Source: Catajapyx aquilonaris
Taxonomy: Eukaryota
Length of the DNA: 64,000 nucleotides
NCBI GenBank assembly: GCA_000934665.2
Contig: KZ538015.1
Span: 1 to 64,000, forward strand
Direction of reading: 5' to 3'
Shown: positions 23,419-35,200 of the stretch, one piece after another
Position numbering within the stretch: position 1 is the first letter of the stretch
Layout: each line of letters opens with the position of its first letter
Notes under the pieces: model-generated
What the model saw: only the letters and a program-made list of their open reading frames with translations
Told to the model about the DNA's origin: nothing
Databases searched by the model: none
Made by a program: the position numbers and the translations under genes

Positions 23419-23661
23419 TTATTGCGGGGGAACATCTTCCTCGTCGATAGCTGGAGTGAGATCCACGATGTGCGGGGGCCTCCTGCTTGCTTTCCCTCGC
23501 AATCCGAAGACGAAGGTGCTGGGCTTGGGAACGTTAGTATAAGTGCTCTGCGACGACTGTGTTCCAGTGGAACGGATGTTCCTCGTTTGGCAGGAACTGT
23601 CACGCCGGATGTGGCTTTGGTCGGTCTGCATCGAAGTAGTCTTGCAACCTCGGAGGTTGGC
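23419..23661 (-). CDS. CFAP206: CFAP206 exon 8
   Basis: ttccag|ANLRGCKTTSMQT...DVPPQ stop. Confidence 0.9.
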   Translation of the reverse strand, partial: ANLRGCKTTSMQTDQSHIRRDSSCQTRNIRSTGTQSSQSTYTNVPKPSTFVFGLRGKASRRPPHIVDLTPAIDEEDVPPQ

Positions 23662-25932
23662 CTGGAAAAATTTAATTATACTTTTTAAATATTTGTACGG
23701 ACCGTTAGTGAAGAAGCATACCAGCTGCAGGGCTCGTCTCCTCAACTCCCACATGTTCCACGTGTAGGTAGGATTCTTTTCCTTCACTACCGGATGCAAG
23801 ATCGTCTGCACGCCAGTGTCAGCTTTCATGGTAGAGTGCTCTTTGTACAAACGCGTCGACCTGGAAAAGCAAGATATGTTTTGGCCCAAATTGTTCGACT
23901 GCCATGTAGCTCACCCCCATCCTTCGTCGACTGTGAAGACCTGGTCGTCAAGTCCAAGCAGGTGGAAGAGTGCTGGGTGTCTCCGTGCGCTTTCAAGCAC
24001 CTCACTTATGTACTTCTGCGGATCACATCCGAATTCTTCTGCACCTTTCAGACAGCTGAAGAGGTAGTGCTTGCCCTTCCACGTCTGGATTCCTAACTCG
24101 GAACTAGTCATCATCACCACGCCATCGCCTGTGGCAGCCGCCCATGGGCAGTAACTGGCGCACTGCAACAGGTAATGTCAATTGTGTCGGTTCAAGGAAA
24201 CAGGCATCTGCATATCAACATACCTCAAAGTGCAGCTTGTCGAGGTTCCTGATGCCGTCGGGGTATTTGACCTCGCACTTGAACCCTTCCTTATTAATTT
24301 TGTCCAGAGCCTCTTCAGCCAGTCTCTCTGTGTCTGTCTTCAGAACTGTGCTACTACTCCCCAGCAGATTCTTGGCCAACTGACTCGGCTCGCTCAGGAC
24401 GTCCACGTATGCATACAGCACGTCCATAATGCTTCTCACGTGGGTCACATACACCGACATGTCCTGGAACCCCTTCCAGGTCTCTGCCAAGTCGATGAAC
24501 TGGGGCTGAAAGTATTGGCGCAGCATTGTCAGAAATCACTCGCAGCAAATTGTACGCAGCAGTCATTTGAAGTAACAGGCACTTACATAAACTTGCACGG
24601 TTGGCACGACCCTCCTTGAGTGCACAGTCTTCTCCAGTCTGGCCAGCCTCCTTTCCATGCGGTCATAGATGGCCCTCAGGTACTCCGTCCAAGCTTTCAT
24701 ATCCTTCGCAAGCATCGAAAAATAGACCAGCAGCTGCCTAGCCATAGCCAGACCATCTCGGATGTGCCCTACTGCTTTCCATCGAGAGTCACCGTCTGGG
24801 AGCTTCTCCTCCCCCAACAGTAGAGTCACCATTACCTAGGAAGATGTTAAATTCACCAATTAATTGACTATCTCGGACAATACTGTGCATATACCTCCGT
24901 GAACTTGTCTGCAGTTGCCAACACACTTTCGATGGATCTCTCCATGCTTCGGTTTGAAGCCTCCAGCGCTGTGGTCATCATATTGGGTATGTCTGGAATC
25001 CCAGCGCCCTTTCCAATTGCACCTGATTTGCCTCGGTGATGATTGAATAGTCGGATTCCGGCCGCTATGTGGGACAACTCTTTGACCTGGGCTTCCTTAT
25101 CCTGGCGTGTCAGCGCTATGAAATGGCCCAACTCGGACGGAGGGAAGATGGAATGCAGGGCAGCTGTGGTCTCTCGAACCACCTGGGCATTGGTGGGGCT
25201 TCCCAGTCCGGAGTGTGCCACCACAAGTAGAACCAATTTCTGGTACAGGAGTTCAAGCTCAAGCCGAGTCCTTGCCTTTGAAAAGATCACCTCCTCCATG
25301 ATAGGTGATATCCGTGAACGGAAGGCCAGGTTATGCTCCTTTATCAGCTCCTCTGGAAATATGCCGTGCCAATAATGAACAACCACAACCTGTGGTACAG
25401 TGTGTAAATGTCACCTTTTGAGCTGTGGTGTGTTGCAAAGTAGAACTGCATCTTCAGGGTCTCGATGGCAACGGACGTGCTCTTCAGAATCAGCTTGGAG
25501 GATTCCCCTATGAGCCTGTCCACTTCAGTCGAACACATCAACTTTGAGGAGTCGAAGTTGTGGGCAGGATTCCGGATTATTACCTTCACCTGAAAATAAA
25601 TTGCACTCGCAACATGAAAACTGTAGGTTATTCGCATAACAGAAATACAGTTCCAGTTCTCCAAGAGCAAACTGCTTGTTGCATGTGCTTATAGGGCATG
25701 CCGTAGACAGATTCCACTCTATATCATAGTGAGTCAATGTCATTTAGTACAACATGTACATTTGCTGAATAATAGATTGCTTGTTGCTTACAATGAAAGC
25801 AGCGACCGGTTCAGGTATGGACGACCCGGACTGCGCACATTGCTCTGTGATGTCCCTTATGATGTGCCGCAATATAATTTCTCCCGGGGCAACCGTCAAC
25901 TTGGGGCAGGAGTGGCTGGACCCCAACATCAT
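23419..25932 (-). CDS. CFAP206: Cilia- and flagella-associated protein 206, 8 exons, 644 aa
   Basis: complement(join 25932-25792, 25589-25415, 25352-24895, 24835-24587, 24505-24224, 24162-23915, 23860-23722, 23661-23419) = 1935 nt, all GT-AG. Family motifs: IIRDI..C, ETLKMQFYF, SGLGSPT..VVRETTAALHSIFP.SEL, GIRLFN, VPT.QVYP.F..L...W, YTWNMWELRRRALQLANLR..KT.S.QT..SH.RR, PKP..F..GLRG. Confidence 0.95.
23722..23860 (-). CDS. CFAP206: CFAP206 exon 7
   Basis: ttccag|G STRLYK...WELRRRALQL|gtatgc. Confidence 0.9.
23915..24162 (-). CDS. CFAP206: CFAP206 exon 6
   Basis: ttgcag|CASYCPW...DEGW+GG|gtgagc. Confidence 0.88.
24224..24505 (-). CDS. CFAP206: CFAP206 exon 5
   Basis: tttcag|PQFIDLAETW...DKLHFE|gtatgt. 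Confidence 0.9.
24587..24835 (-). CDS. CFAP206: CFAP206 exon 4
   Basis: tcctag|VMVTLL...VPTVQVY|gtaagt. Confidence 0.9.
24895..25352 (-). CDS. CFAP206: CFAP206 exon 3
   Basis: ttccag|EELIKEH...DKFTE|gtatat. Confidence 0.9.
25415..25589 (-). CDS. CFAP206: CFAP206 exon 2
   Basis: ttttcag|VKVIIRNP...HHSSK+G|gtgaca. Confidence 0.88.
25792..25932 (-). CDS. CFAP206: CFAP206 exon 1
   Basis: MMLGSSH...IILRHIIRDITEQCAQ...VAAFI|gtaagc; start may be 25932 or 25929. Confidence 0.85.
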
Positions 25933-25982
25933 GATCTCAGGTATAATAATGCAGAGAGAAAAATCAGTTGAGGGGAAGCGCT

Positions 25983-26086
25983 GTAAACAAACCAGCCGGT
26001 TTATTGAGCTGCCCACCGTTGCTATGGTAAAGAGTAAATGGTACTGTTTATTGAATCAACTTGTACGGTTCATTTGCTACGGTTAC
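25983..26086 (-). promoter_or_regulatory. RFX X-box-like pair plus forkhead motifs upstream of CFAP206
   Basis: GTTGCTATGGTAAA 26018-26031 and TTTGCTACGGTTAC 26073-26086 resemble the X-box GTTGCCATGGCAAC; GTAAACA 25983-25989 and TGTTTAT 26045-26051 fit RYMAAYA. Confidence 0.6.
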
Positions 26087-26638
26087 CGGTACCGGTCTTC
26101 ATTCGCTACCGGTATGTGTTGCTTGTTCATTTGCTGTTTGACCAGGTGTTGAACTGTACGCATGCCATTTATTTATTTTTAAATTGGCGCCATTAGCACC
26201 GTGCTCTGATTGGTCAGTTTGGATCATGTGACCAATATTCTGTAGAATGTTCAACTACAATAATTCCACATACGCCGCTAGATGTCAGCCCCCATCATTT
26301 TAATGTTGGCATCCTCCGCCGCCAGATGCCCTTTGCATCTCCTTCGTTTCTTGTCAAGTAGTTCGGTGCACAGTGACGTCACGGCAGACCGAAGCGACAC
26401 TGTGCGGCACTTGCACTTTTTATAATTATTCCATACACCTTTTTTTTTTTTTCTTTCGAACGTTTTTCCACCCGTGCCCACCCCCCAGCACGGAATCCCG
26501 TCAGTGTCTGTTTGGTGTTCGGGAGGACTGGTCTGGGCTGCTGCGGGTGTGGGTGCGCGGCACACTGTGGTGGGGGCATACCCAGGGTAGAGAGAGAGAG
26601 AGAAAAAGGGAAGGAACGAAAAAGGAAGAGAGGCAGCC

Positions 26639-26750
26639 ATGGAGAGGCTGCTGCTGGTTCGATGGTGCTGGAGGCTGCTCCTCTTCCTGGTCCTGGCTCT
26701 CATGCACCACACCTCGTGCAGGGCAGCAGCCTCCAAGTTCGACAGGAAAG
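26639..26750 (+). CDS. First coding exon (signal peptide) of an unidentified secreted or cell-surface protein; gene likely continues beyond the window
   Basis: GCAGCCATGG start context; MERLLLVRWCWRLLLFLVLALMHHTSCRAAASKFDRK+G then gtaatg (phase 1); hydrophobic core with small-residue cleavage region. Confidence 0.7.
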
Positions 26751-29700
26751 GTAATGCTGGTCTAACATCTCATCAACACAGAGATGATAAGAACAATGAA
26801 AGGGTATGCACCATGGAACATTCCGCACTGTTCGCTCAATAGTCAGGTCACACTGTCGACATGTGGCAATGCTACCTGAAAATGGGGCATAAAATAATGT
26901 ACATTGCAGTACCGGCAATCCGTCTAATCAACTTCGCAGTAACAAGCGTTTTCATAATCAGTCAAAATTACAGGCACTGCACACTTTTAATGTAATTATG
27001 TGGGATTGTCTTCAGCCTAATGAGACTGTAAGTTGCGTTTCGAAAAAGGTGCAGGTTACATGTCTAATGGCTGGTTTCACTGAGCAGGTCGGGTTTCTCG
27101 TTTCACCAAACTTAGAACCACGGTTAATCTGTCAGCCATTGTTGACGACAGCCACAAGTAAGGATTTGCTGAAAATAAACTGGAGGTATAATATATGTGA
27201 TAGAACCAGATTTCTTTAAGAAAATCCCGACATATTTGTATGGATTTTCCGAAGTAAACCTGGTTTTATCGTATACCGAGCGCAGTGAAACCGGCTCTAG
27301 ACATGTAACCTGTTTGTGAAGTAATACAGGTGCTTTCAAAATCAACTCATTAGGTCCAAGACAATGCCTTGAACTAATATAAAACCAGCATAATGGTGTT
27401 GGATTGCAGTGTAACTCATTTATGTTGGTAATATTGTAAGGGCAACCAACAGGAAACATTATGGTCAAATGCACCTGCCGGTTTGGGCCAAATGTGCTAC
27501 TGAAATCTGTATGGCAGCGTACATGAATTTGTCATTGCGTTGTAGACATGTCTGTCATGCCGTTGCATTATTATGGGCTATTGCTAGAACATCGATACTA
27601 TAGAATCGTGACCTCGTGCAATAAAATGTGGACAATATTTGGAAGCAGCAAGGACATCAACAGTGTTGTTTGTTATTGTTAATACAATGCATTATTACTA
27701 ATATATGCTTTTGTGCGGTAGATTGATTACGGCACACTCCATACAGCTTGCAGAGCATTATGCAATGAACATAAGCCATGTTGGCCAGTCCAGCATACAT
27801 TTCCAGTTGAGAGTGAATCATGGCGAGTGCAGGTGCCATTGATGCATACGACATACTTTCTGCCTGGATGACTTTATGGAACAGGTCAAAACAAGCTCAG
27901 CTCATGTCAGGCGTGCTATGACATCCAAATTTCCATAAGTGATACATGCTCCCAAGGGCACGGTTATGATGATGGCAATTGAATTAATTCCGTTCCCTGC
28001 CAATACTTCCCCCTCCAAGGTAATGGAGACTGATTCACATTTTAGCAAACGGTGAAGGACTACGAATATAATTGCAATTTGCAGGATCGAAACTGCTGGG
28101 TTTTGTAATAAATCCGTTTGTTATGCCCGGATTCGTTGTGCACAATAACAAAACAACAAATTTAGCGTGATGGCGCATCATTTTCATTTATTATCCGCCA
28201 ACATCCGGGCCATGGGTGTAATGGACGATAATTTAACAGAGGGATTAATTAATCAATTAGTAGCTTCATAGCGCACAGAAATGCTGTCAACACTCATTTC
28301 GGTCGCACTCTAATGATGATGGAGAGCCTATTGCTTCACCTGCCAATATTTCATTCCTGCTTGGTCACTGGTCTTCTTCAGATAATGTGCCCCTTTGCAT
28401 TGTGTCTGGTAAGGGGTTGCAGCAGGGTCAGCAGGAAACACATGTTTGCCCCCTGATGACCTTCAGTGTTGGATGAGACTCGCTAACGGATTCCAAGGCT
28501 CAGCGAGCATTGGCTCTCTCTGTACAGGTCTGGCATCTATAGGAGACACTGATTATATGTCGAAAGGACATTTCTCATGAAATGCTGGTGTCCCCACAAC
28601 CTCGTTGGGGGTGCCGAAATTTTAATGTCCCCACAGTACAGTGCGGATTAAAACTCGGAATTAGTAGCCCAAAGCGCAGAGGCTGCCAGTTTCCTAAACA
28701 GAAAGTAATTTCAGCCACATTGAACTAAATTAATCTACTTATACTGTGTGCCCAATCACAAGCTGAACATTTCTCTCCATATTTTGAAGTCCTTCCAATC
28801 CTTACGTATAGAGTGACGTGAAAATTGTCATTGTTCTACCTGAGCCGATCGGTGCGTAAGTCCAAACCGGCATATTTATCAATTCGGAAAATCGGTTTTT
28901 GCGACCCGGAAGAACTAATTGATTCAATCGATTCAAACCAGCCCACCTGCCACTCAAATGATTTACTTAATTGTTAGCACCCTCCCCCCAACCCCAAACG
29001 ACCTAACCCATCCCTATGTGAAACATGTATAGTGCAAACGCATCTCATTTTCTGGAAGCGATCATCATTTCAGGAGACTAATACTCCCCAGGAGGCACAT
29101 TAATTATCAGTAGTTTGTTAACGATATAAATTGGGAGGGACCCTTTTCGCAAAATTCGCGCCCGGACTCAGTTCGCCTCTAAAATATGGAAAACGACATT
29201 AGCATACACCCTGCCGTCTCATCCTTTCCATTTGCCCAACCCACCTGCTCACTCTCTCTCTCCGGAGTGAACAAAAGAGGAGTGTATAATATTGCAGACA
29301 ATGAGTAATGGAGCAGGACTTGCCATGACACGAACTATGTCACTACTTTTTTTTTTCTTTCTTCAAAAAGTGGAATCGATTTGGGGGGGTGTTATTAATT
29401 CGCGACAAGTTTGTAATGAGAAGGAAGGAAAGAGGAGAGCCTCCGGAGGGCATCGATTTTGATATCTGCTTTCCTTTTTCACGCCCATAAAGTGCCCTTT
29501 TCATTGAAACAGGATGCGCTGTGTCTCGGCGCAGGAAATATCAAATTTTTAATCCATGCCAAAGCATCGCTCTTTTATTTATTCTCTGCATGGGTGGCCT
29601 TGCCTCCTTTTTTTTTTTTTTTTTTGACTGGTCAGGACCATGCAAATTTGCCACCAGCTTGGTATGTAACATTGTTGATTTTACAACTTTTTGCACTACA

Positions 29701-31970
29701 GTAACTGTGGCCGGTTGCTGACGTTTGGAGAAATGCGAATATGAATTAGCGTCAGCTGCTATAATGGTCTGGGGTTGTTTCGTGCTCAATGATTCATCGT
29801 TTGATTAACCTCACCAGGTGGAAAGCCCGGCCAAGGTTGCTGCACTTCCGCCATGTTACGCACCACTTCCGATGTTGCCTGTATTCGATGAGTAGGCGTC
29901 TGACTAAAAACAAAAAAAAAGAGAGAAGAGAGCTAGGTATGAATCATGGTCATTGGCAGTTGGTCACCGCCGGATGTCGGACATGGCCACTCGACTGAAC
30001 CTGCGGGTTTGCATGCGGCTGACTATTGTTCAAACGAGGTCCCGACCAGTCTGTCAATCGGGTTGTGGACGGGCACATCAATCCTCATTTCAGCTCCATG
30101 TCTCGCCATCAGCATACAACCGTTTATGCTGTAGCATACGATTTCAAATGTAGGACACTCCGCCAAATGTGCTACTTATATACCTTATAATGTTAGCAAT
30201 TGCCTAGTCGAAAATTATTGGACAGAGCACTCAGAAGCTGCGTCTGAATTTTTCTCTTTTTAGATAAAGCGGAGAAATTCTTCATTGGCAGATTGCGTGC
30301 ATTCTTTCCCTATGCTGCAGTTATTGTGCTTTCTCTGTGTGAGTCACACTGCGCCATGCTCTTTTCTTTCCTCACAATCTGTGATTCGTGCCCGGATTGT
30401 TCCAGTTCGCGCCGACACTTTCACGTTACCGACAGCTTATGTTTATTAAACCCATAAATCATGATGATGGATATCGACTGCCAATTGTCACTCGAATGTT
30501 GATTACCAATAATCGCTGTTAACGCGCAGATGGCTCAGCTTTGAAGAGTGGGAGGGGGGGAGGAGAAAAAATACTATAAATAACTGCTTCCTGTCTCGTA
30601 TGAGAAGACGCGACTATAATCCGAGAATGAAAACAAACAGCCTGCGACGCAGCTGACAAACGCATTATCTGGACCTTGAGTATCGGACCCTGGAGGTCAA
30701 TCAAGTGACGTAGGTAAATCGGAGATGCTATGCACACACATTCACGTATACATTTGGTGTGTATCCAGCCACGATCTGTTGTGAGTGAGAGTGTACGTGA
30801 GTCGAGTGTGTGATGAGTCATGTGACACACCAAGCCAGGGTGTGGGACGTCCTTCAGCAGACCCCGCCTGTGCGATGCTTGGCAACATGTGAGAGACATA
30901 AGGGTTCAGCATGCGAGTCGTGACGCCATGCGAAGCCTCCTTGGGCACGCCGGAAGTTGTATATGGTCGCGAGGCAAAAGGTCAATCACTTGATCCGGCA
31001 CGAAAAGGCCAAGAATCTCCTTGCACACTTGTCTTGATTACTTTCTCCGCGGGGTTCGGGTTGTATGGCACTGAACCATTTTCTGATTAGGCTTATCTTC
31101 TCTTAGTGCATTAATAGGCATTTTGTACCAGTGTCCATATTCGGCGAAAGTTTATTCAGTCTGAACACTAATGTGGACTGCCAGTTTGCACCAGGCTGGA
31201 AATTTATCTGCAAGCGAATTTTTGACTCCAATTCTTGATGATGGGACAAGTGTTCTATATTGTAATTGTAATTTATATTTGAACCATCCTTTCATTCAAT
31301 ACTGTCTGGAATAATAATGATTTCTCTCTCCATCTTTGAAAAGTTGGGATGATTTGACCTCCTTTTTTTTGAGTGCGAGACGGACGGACTGTAAGAGATA
31401 AATAATGCAAGACCCGCGAGAGTCATAAAATAAATGGGTGAGGAACTTGATAGGTTTTAGTAGAAAGGGGATATAAGCCTAATGGGCGGGAAGGGCTCTT
31501 CTCTTGGTACCTCCTCCCTCCCCTCCCCTCCCTATTCCCGCCCCCCTCTTTTTTCGCGAAGGGCTAAAGAGCACGGAGTGTGCAGAAAAGGATCTCGCCA
31601 AGGATTCGCATAATGAGCTTCTCCTTCTCGGTGTCTGCTGGAATTCAAGCCCACGACTCGTCTCCGTTCAGTTTTTCCCCCTCCCTCCCTCCCTCTTTCT
31701 TTCAATTAAATGAGCGGTGTAGTGCAATTACGAAACTATTAGGGTATTGTCAGGGGCAAAAGTTGACAGCGCACTGACAGTTACAATTTTCTTGAAGCAG
31801 CCAAATTACATGGAACTAGGCTGGAACGTCAGTGAACTACTCTCTAAATTATTTCCAGCCAGTTTTCTCTCCTTCCATTTCAAATGGTATGCTGGTTGGG
31901 CGAAATGTTCATGTAACATGTCTGTCGATCGTATCAAATTGACGGATTTAAAAAAAAAACTCATTGCGCG

Positions 31971-32265
31971 CATTCTTAAAAAAAATTGAGTATTTTTTTC
32001 GCTCGGTTTGAATTATTTTCACTCTTTCTTCCGCTCGATTTAAGTGAAAAATCACTCGATCACTTGAGTAATTTTCACTCAAAAGGAGTAACCATTTCAC
32101 TCACTCAAAGAGTAGTCTCTCACTTATTTTCACTCTTCTTTCGAGTAATATTCAACTCGATTTAAGTTAGAGTTAATTTTTGCCGAGGGAAATTCACTTT
32201 AAAGGAGAATTTTGCGAAATTGCTAATTTTTTTGAGTGGAATTTTTATTGGAATTTTTTAGAGAG
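31971..32265. mobile_element. AT-rich non-autonomous element with internal TTTTCACTC/GAGT subrepeats
   Basis: Loose inverted ends CATTCTTAAAAAAAATT and AATTTTTTAGAGAG; many (TT)TTCACTC and GAGTA/GAGTG motifs; similar sequence at ~53490-53745. Confidence 0.45.
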
Positions 32266-35200
32266 ATGTGTCAGTTTGGAGAATTTTCATTCACAAGTAT
32301 ATATAGTGGATGCTATTTTTAGTGCAGTAAGTGTATAGGAAAATGATGCAAATACCACTTCAATTGAGCAGAAAACCTCCCATCGTAATCTAGAGTGCAT
32401 GTTGGAAACAATTACTGGATATTATTAGGAAGGGAGTGATGTTCGTGCTATGCAGTAAAGTGTCAGGAAATAAAAAAAGAAGAGAGGAGCAGCGCAACTG
32501 AATGGCAAAACCCCCCGGTAATGACCTCTGCGACTCGCAAAATGAAATTAGCGAGTGAACGAAGCCCATTTCCAGGCTCGAACCCCGCTAGTGGCTAATG
32601 GGTTAGGTGGCGGAGCAGTGACACCATTGCAGTTAGCCCAGTGATTCTAATCGACCATTTGATTGCTCGGGAGGTGAAGTTACCTACGAAAAAAAAAAGA
32701 GAAAAAAAGTGGTAAGGGTGTGTGTGTGTGTTTTTGCAATGACGAATGCGAGCTTGACAAGCTGATTAGGGATTTCGGGCAGCCTCCGATCCAATTACCG
32801 AATTGCACAAAACTTTAATAAGGTCCGTGACAAAGAGCTTTTCGTGTACAGTTTTCCAAGCGTATGTGGAAGAGTTTAGCCGCTAAGACTAATTGACGTG
32901 TTCGTTATTAGTTTTTTTTTGCGACGTGCACTTTTTTTTTGCGGATTGCGCTGTTTAGGCAGGTGATTTATCCGAGAGCTCGGGAAATGGGACCAAGTTG
33001 CACTCGGCTAAAAATGGGCGATTGCATTGTGCAGCAAAACGTGGCTGATCCGGGGGAAAAAGCGTGTCATTTTGAGCGAAAATATATAGGCATGGAAAAT
33101 CCGCGACGTTGGGGGGTGTGGGTCTCCCGGGCCAATAGTCCTTGATGAGTTTGGGAGGTAGGTTTCCACTGGGGGCCTGTCTATTTTCTCCATCAAGCAA
33201 TTGACACGGGCTCCCCAAATAGGGACCCTTCACAGTTTCAAGCCCCCGAGAACCTAACAAAACCCTGCATCGTGCTTTATGCGTCAGATCGATACTCTCC
33301 ATGGGCTAGCATGCAGACTCGAGGGCTACAAGGGGGACATTTCACTGTCTACTTTTTTGCGAAAAAAATATACATTAGGATATAGGTAGGTACATGTGAA
33401 AGAGCTGTATATGTATATGAGCATCGAAAAGTTATTATGACAGGTACTTTTCTGTTTCAGCTGCACTATTACAGTGCCTGATATTAATAATTAATTTTTT
33501 GCGAAAAAAACTACCTACAGTATAGACTAGTAGGGCCCGGATATACAGACAAACTTTCTGATTTATATTACAGAGATGTATAGATATCAGAAATAGAAGC
33601 GGTCATGCAAATTTGCTTTGGATTCAAGTACATTTTTTGGAGAGTTTCTAATGCGAATTAGTGTGTAATATTCATTAATAATGCCTGCATTGCGAAATAA
33701 AACGCATAGGCCTAGGCGTAGGAGAAAAAGAAGTGCGCTCGTCAATTTGCATGGAGAAAAAAAACCGTTAAACGAGTAACTTTTTGTGTGTTTCTTTCGG
33801 CTATGGTTTCACCTACAAAATGTCTGTAATATTCCACGCCAGTCATATAAAAGAGATGCAATTAGTCTCATTGTTCGGAAAGAGAAAAGAAGCATATTTT
33901 TGGTGCGCTCTACTGACTTCAATCCCACGAAAGTTCTTGGTATTTTTTTTTCTTCTCTTTTTTCCGAGGGAAGTAATTGGGTCCCTGTTTACTTTGGGTC
34001 GGTGCTGCTGCTGCAGCCGCTTTTGCTGCAGGAAGTCATGAGATTGGTGAAAACTTTTAATGGGGGACGAGTAAGAGGATTTACTTTCGGATATATAGTG
34101 TAGGCGAAGGCAACAAAAGTCTCTCAGGGTTAAACGGAAATAAATTAGCATATAAAGCGTTATGAATATATCATGCGTTTGTGGCATTTACTGTGTGTGA
34201 CCTCGCAGAATTGTGTACATTGGGTACGTTAATTGGCTCTAGTGCGTTCAGTTGTTATTATTATTAGTTTAATACGTAATTGGTTGTTTGATAATAAACT
34301 GGGTCAATATCGCAGTAAGGTTAGGTCACATAATGAGTTTTTTTTTTCTCCTTCTCTCCCGGTCTGATGCTTAACCTCGGAAGATTACCGGCGATTCATC
34401 AACGTCATTAATTAATGAAGCCCGGAGTAATGCTTGCCATATTGCTCCCCATTTTGGTTCCTTACGGTTTCCTTTCATTAGCAGCTCGCGCCGTAATATG
34501 GATGCTGAAGCAGCTTACTGGCTTATTGAGTTAGGAAGGCCATTGTTTACACTCGGGGCTAGCACTTTTCGTGGCCGCGTTTGAGGCCAGGACGGTTTTG
34601 AAACATGGGTCAAGTTGACCGGACTAATGGTGATTATACCGGTGTAAATTGTGTGCAGCCTGTACTTTTTCAACACCCGGTTGTTATCTCAAGTAGCCGA
34701 CAGTTTTAATTCAGTCTAGACGCGTGTGGCTGCTGCGAGGACTTTTTTTTTTCTGCCCCATCCAATTTTTTTATGGTCTGACTCGACATATCTTGAGACC
34801 AACTTCTGGTGAAACAGTGACGTCACCCTGTAAGGTCGAAGCAGTTGAACTTGGTGCGTGCAGGAGTGCCTTAATTATTGCTGATGAAGCCCGGAGGAAT
34901 GCAAATCCGGAAGCGGCTGGGGAGTATTACATGGGCCGGAAAGTGAATCACGTATACTATTTCGACAATCATTCCGAACTGGAGAAGGCCCCACATTTAA
35001 TTAATTAACTGTGGTTTGAACGTGCGTATGTTCCCCAGCCAGAGGATGAGGACACGCATTTGTTATCTAGCCCACAGCCCATGTGGGGCCGTCCGACTGG
35101 CCCTATCTGTTTTGGGGGGTTTTCTTGTCTCCTGGGTTTTTTTTACTGTACGCTAGACTTCCAAGGATTTAATACGGATATATTGCCACTGCGTACAGGC

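Noticed and set aside
24182..24619. 145-aa + strand ORF and other + ORFs over 23.4-26 kb
   Set aside because: Antisense shadows of CFAP206 exons.
27730..27830. GIY-YIG (Penelope) endonuclease-like fragment HVGQSS...LRVNH
   Set aside because: Only a few matching residues and no adjacent RT sequence.
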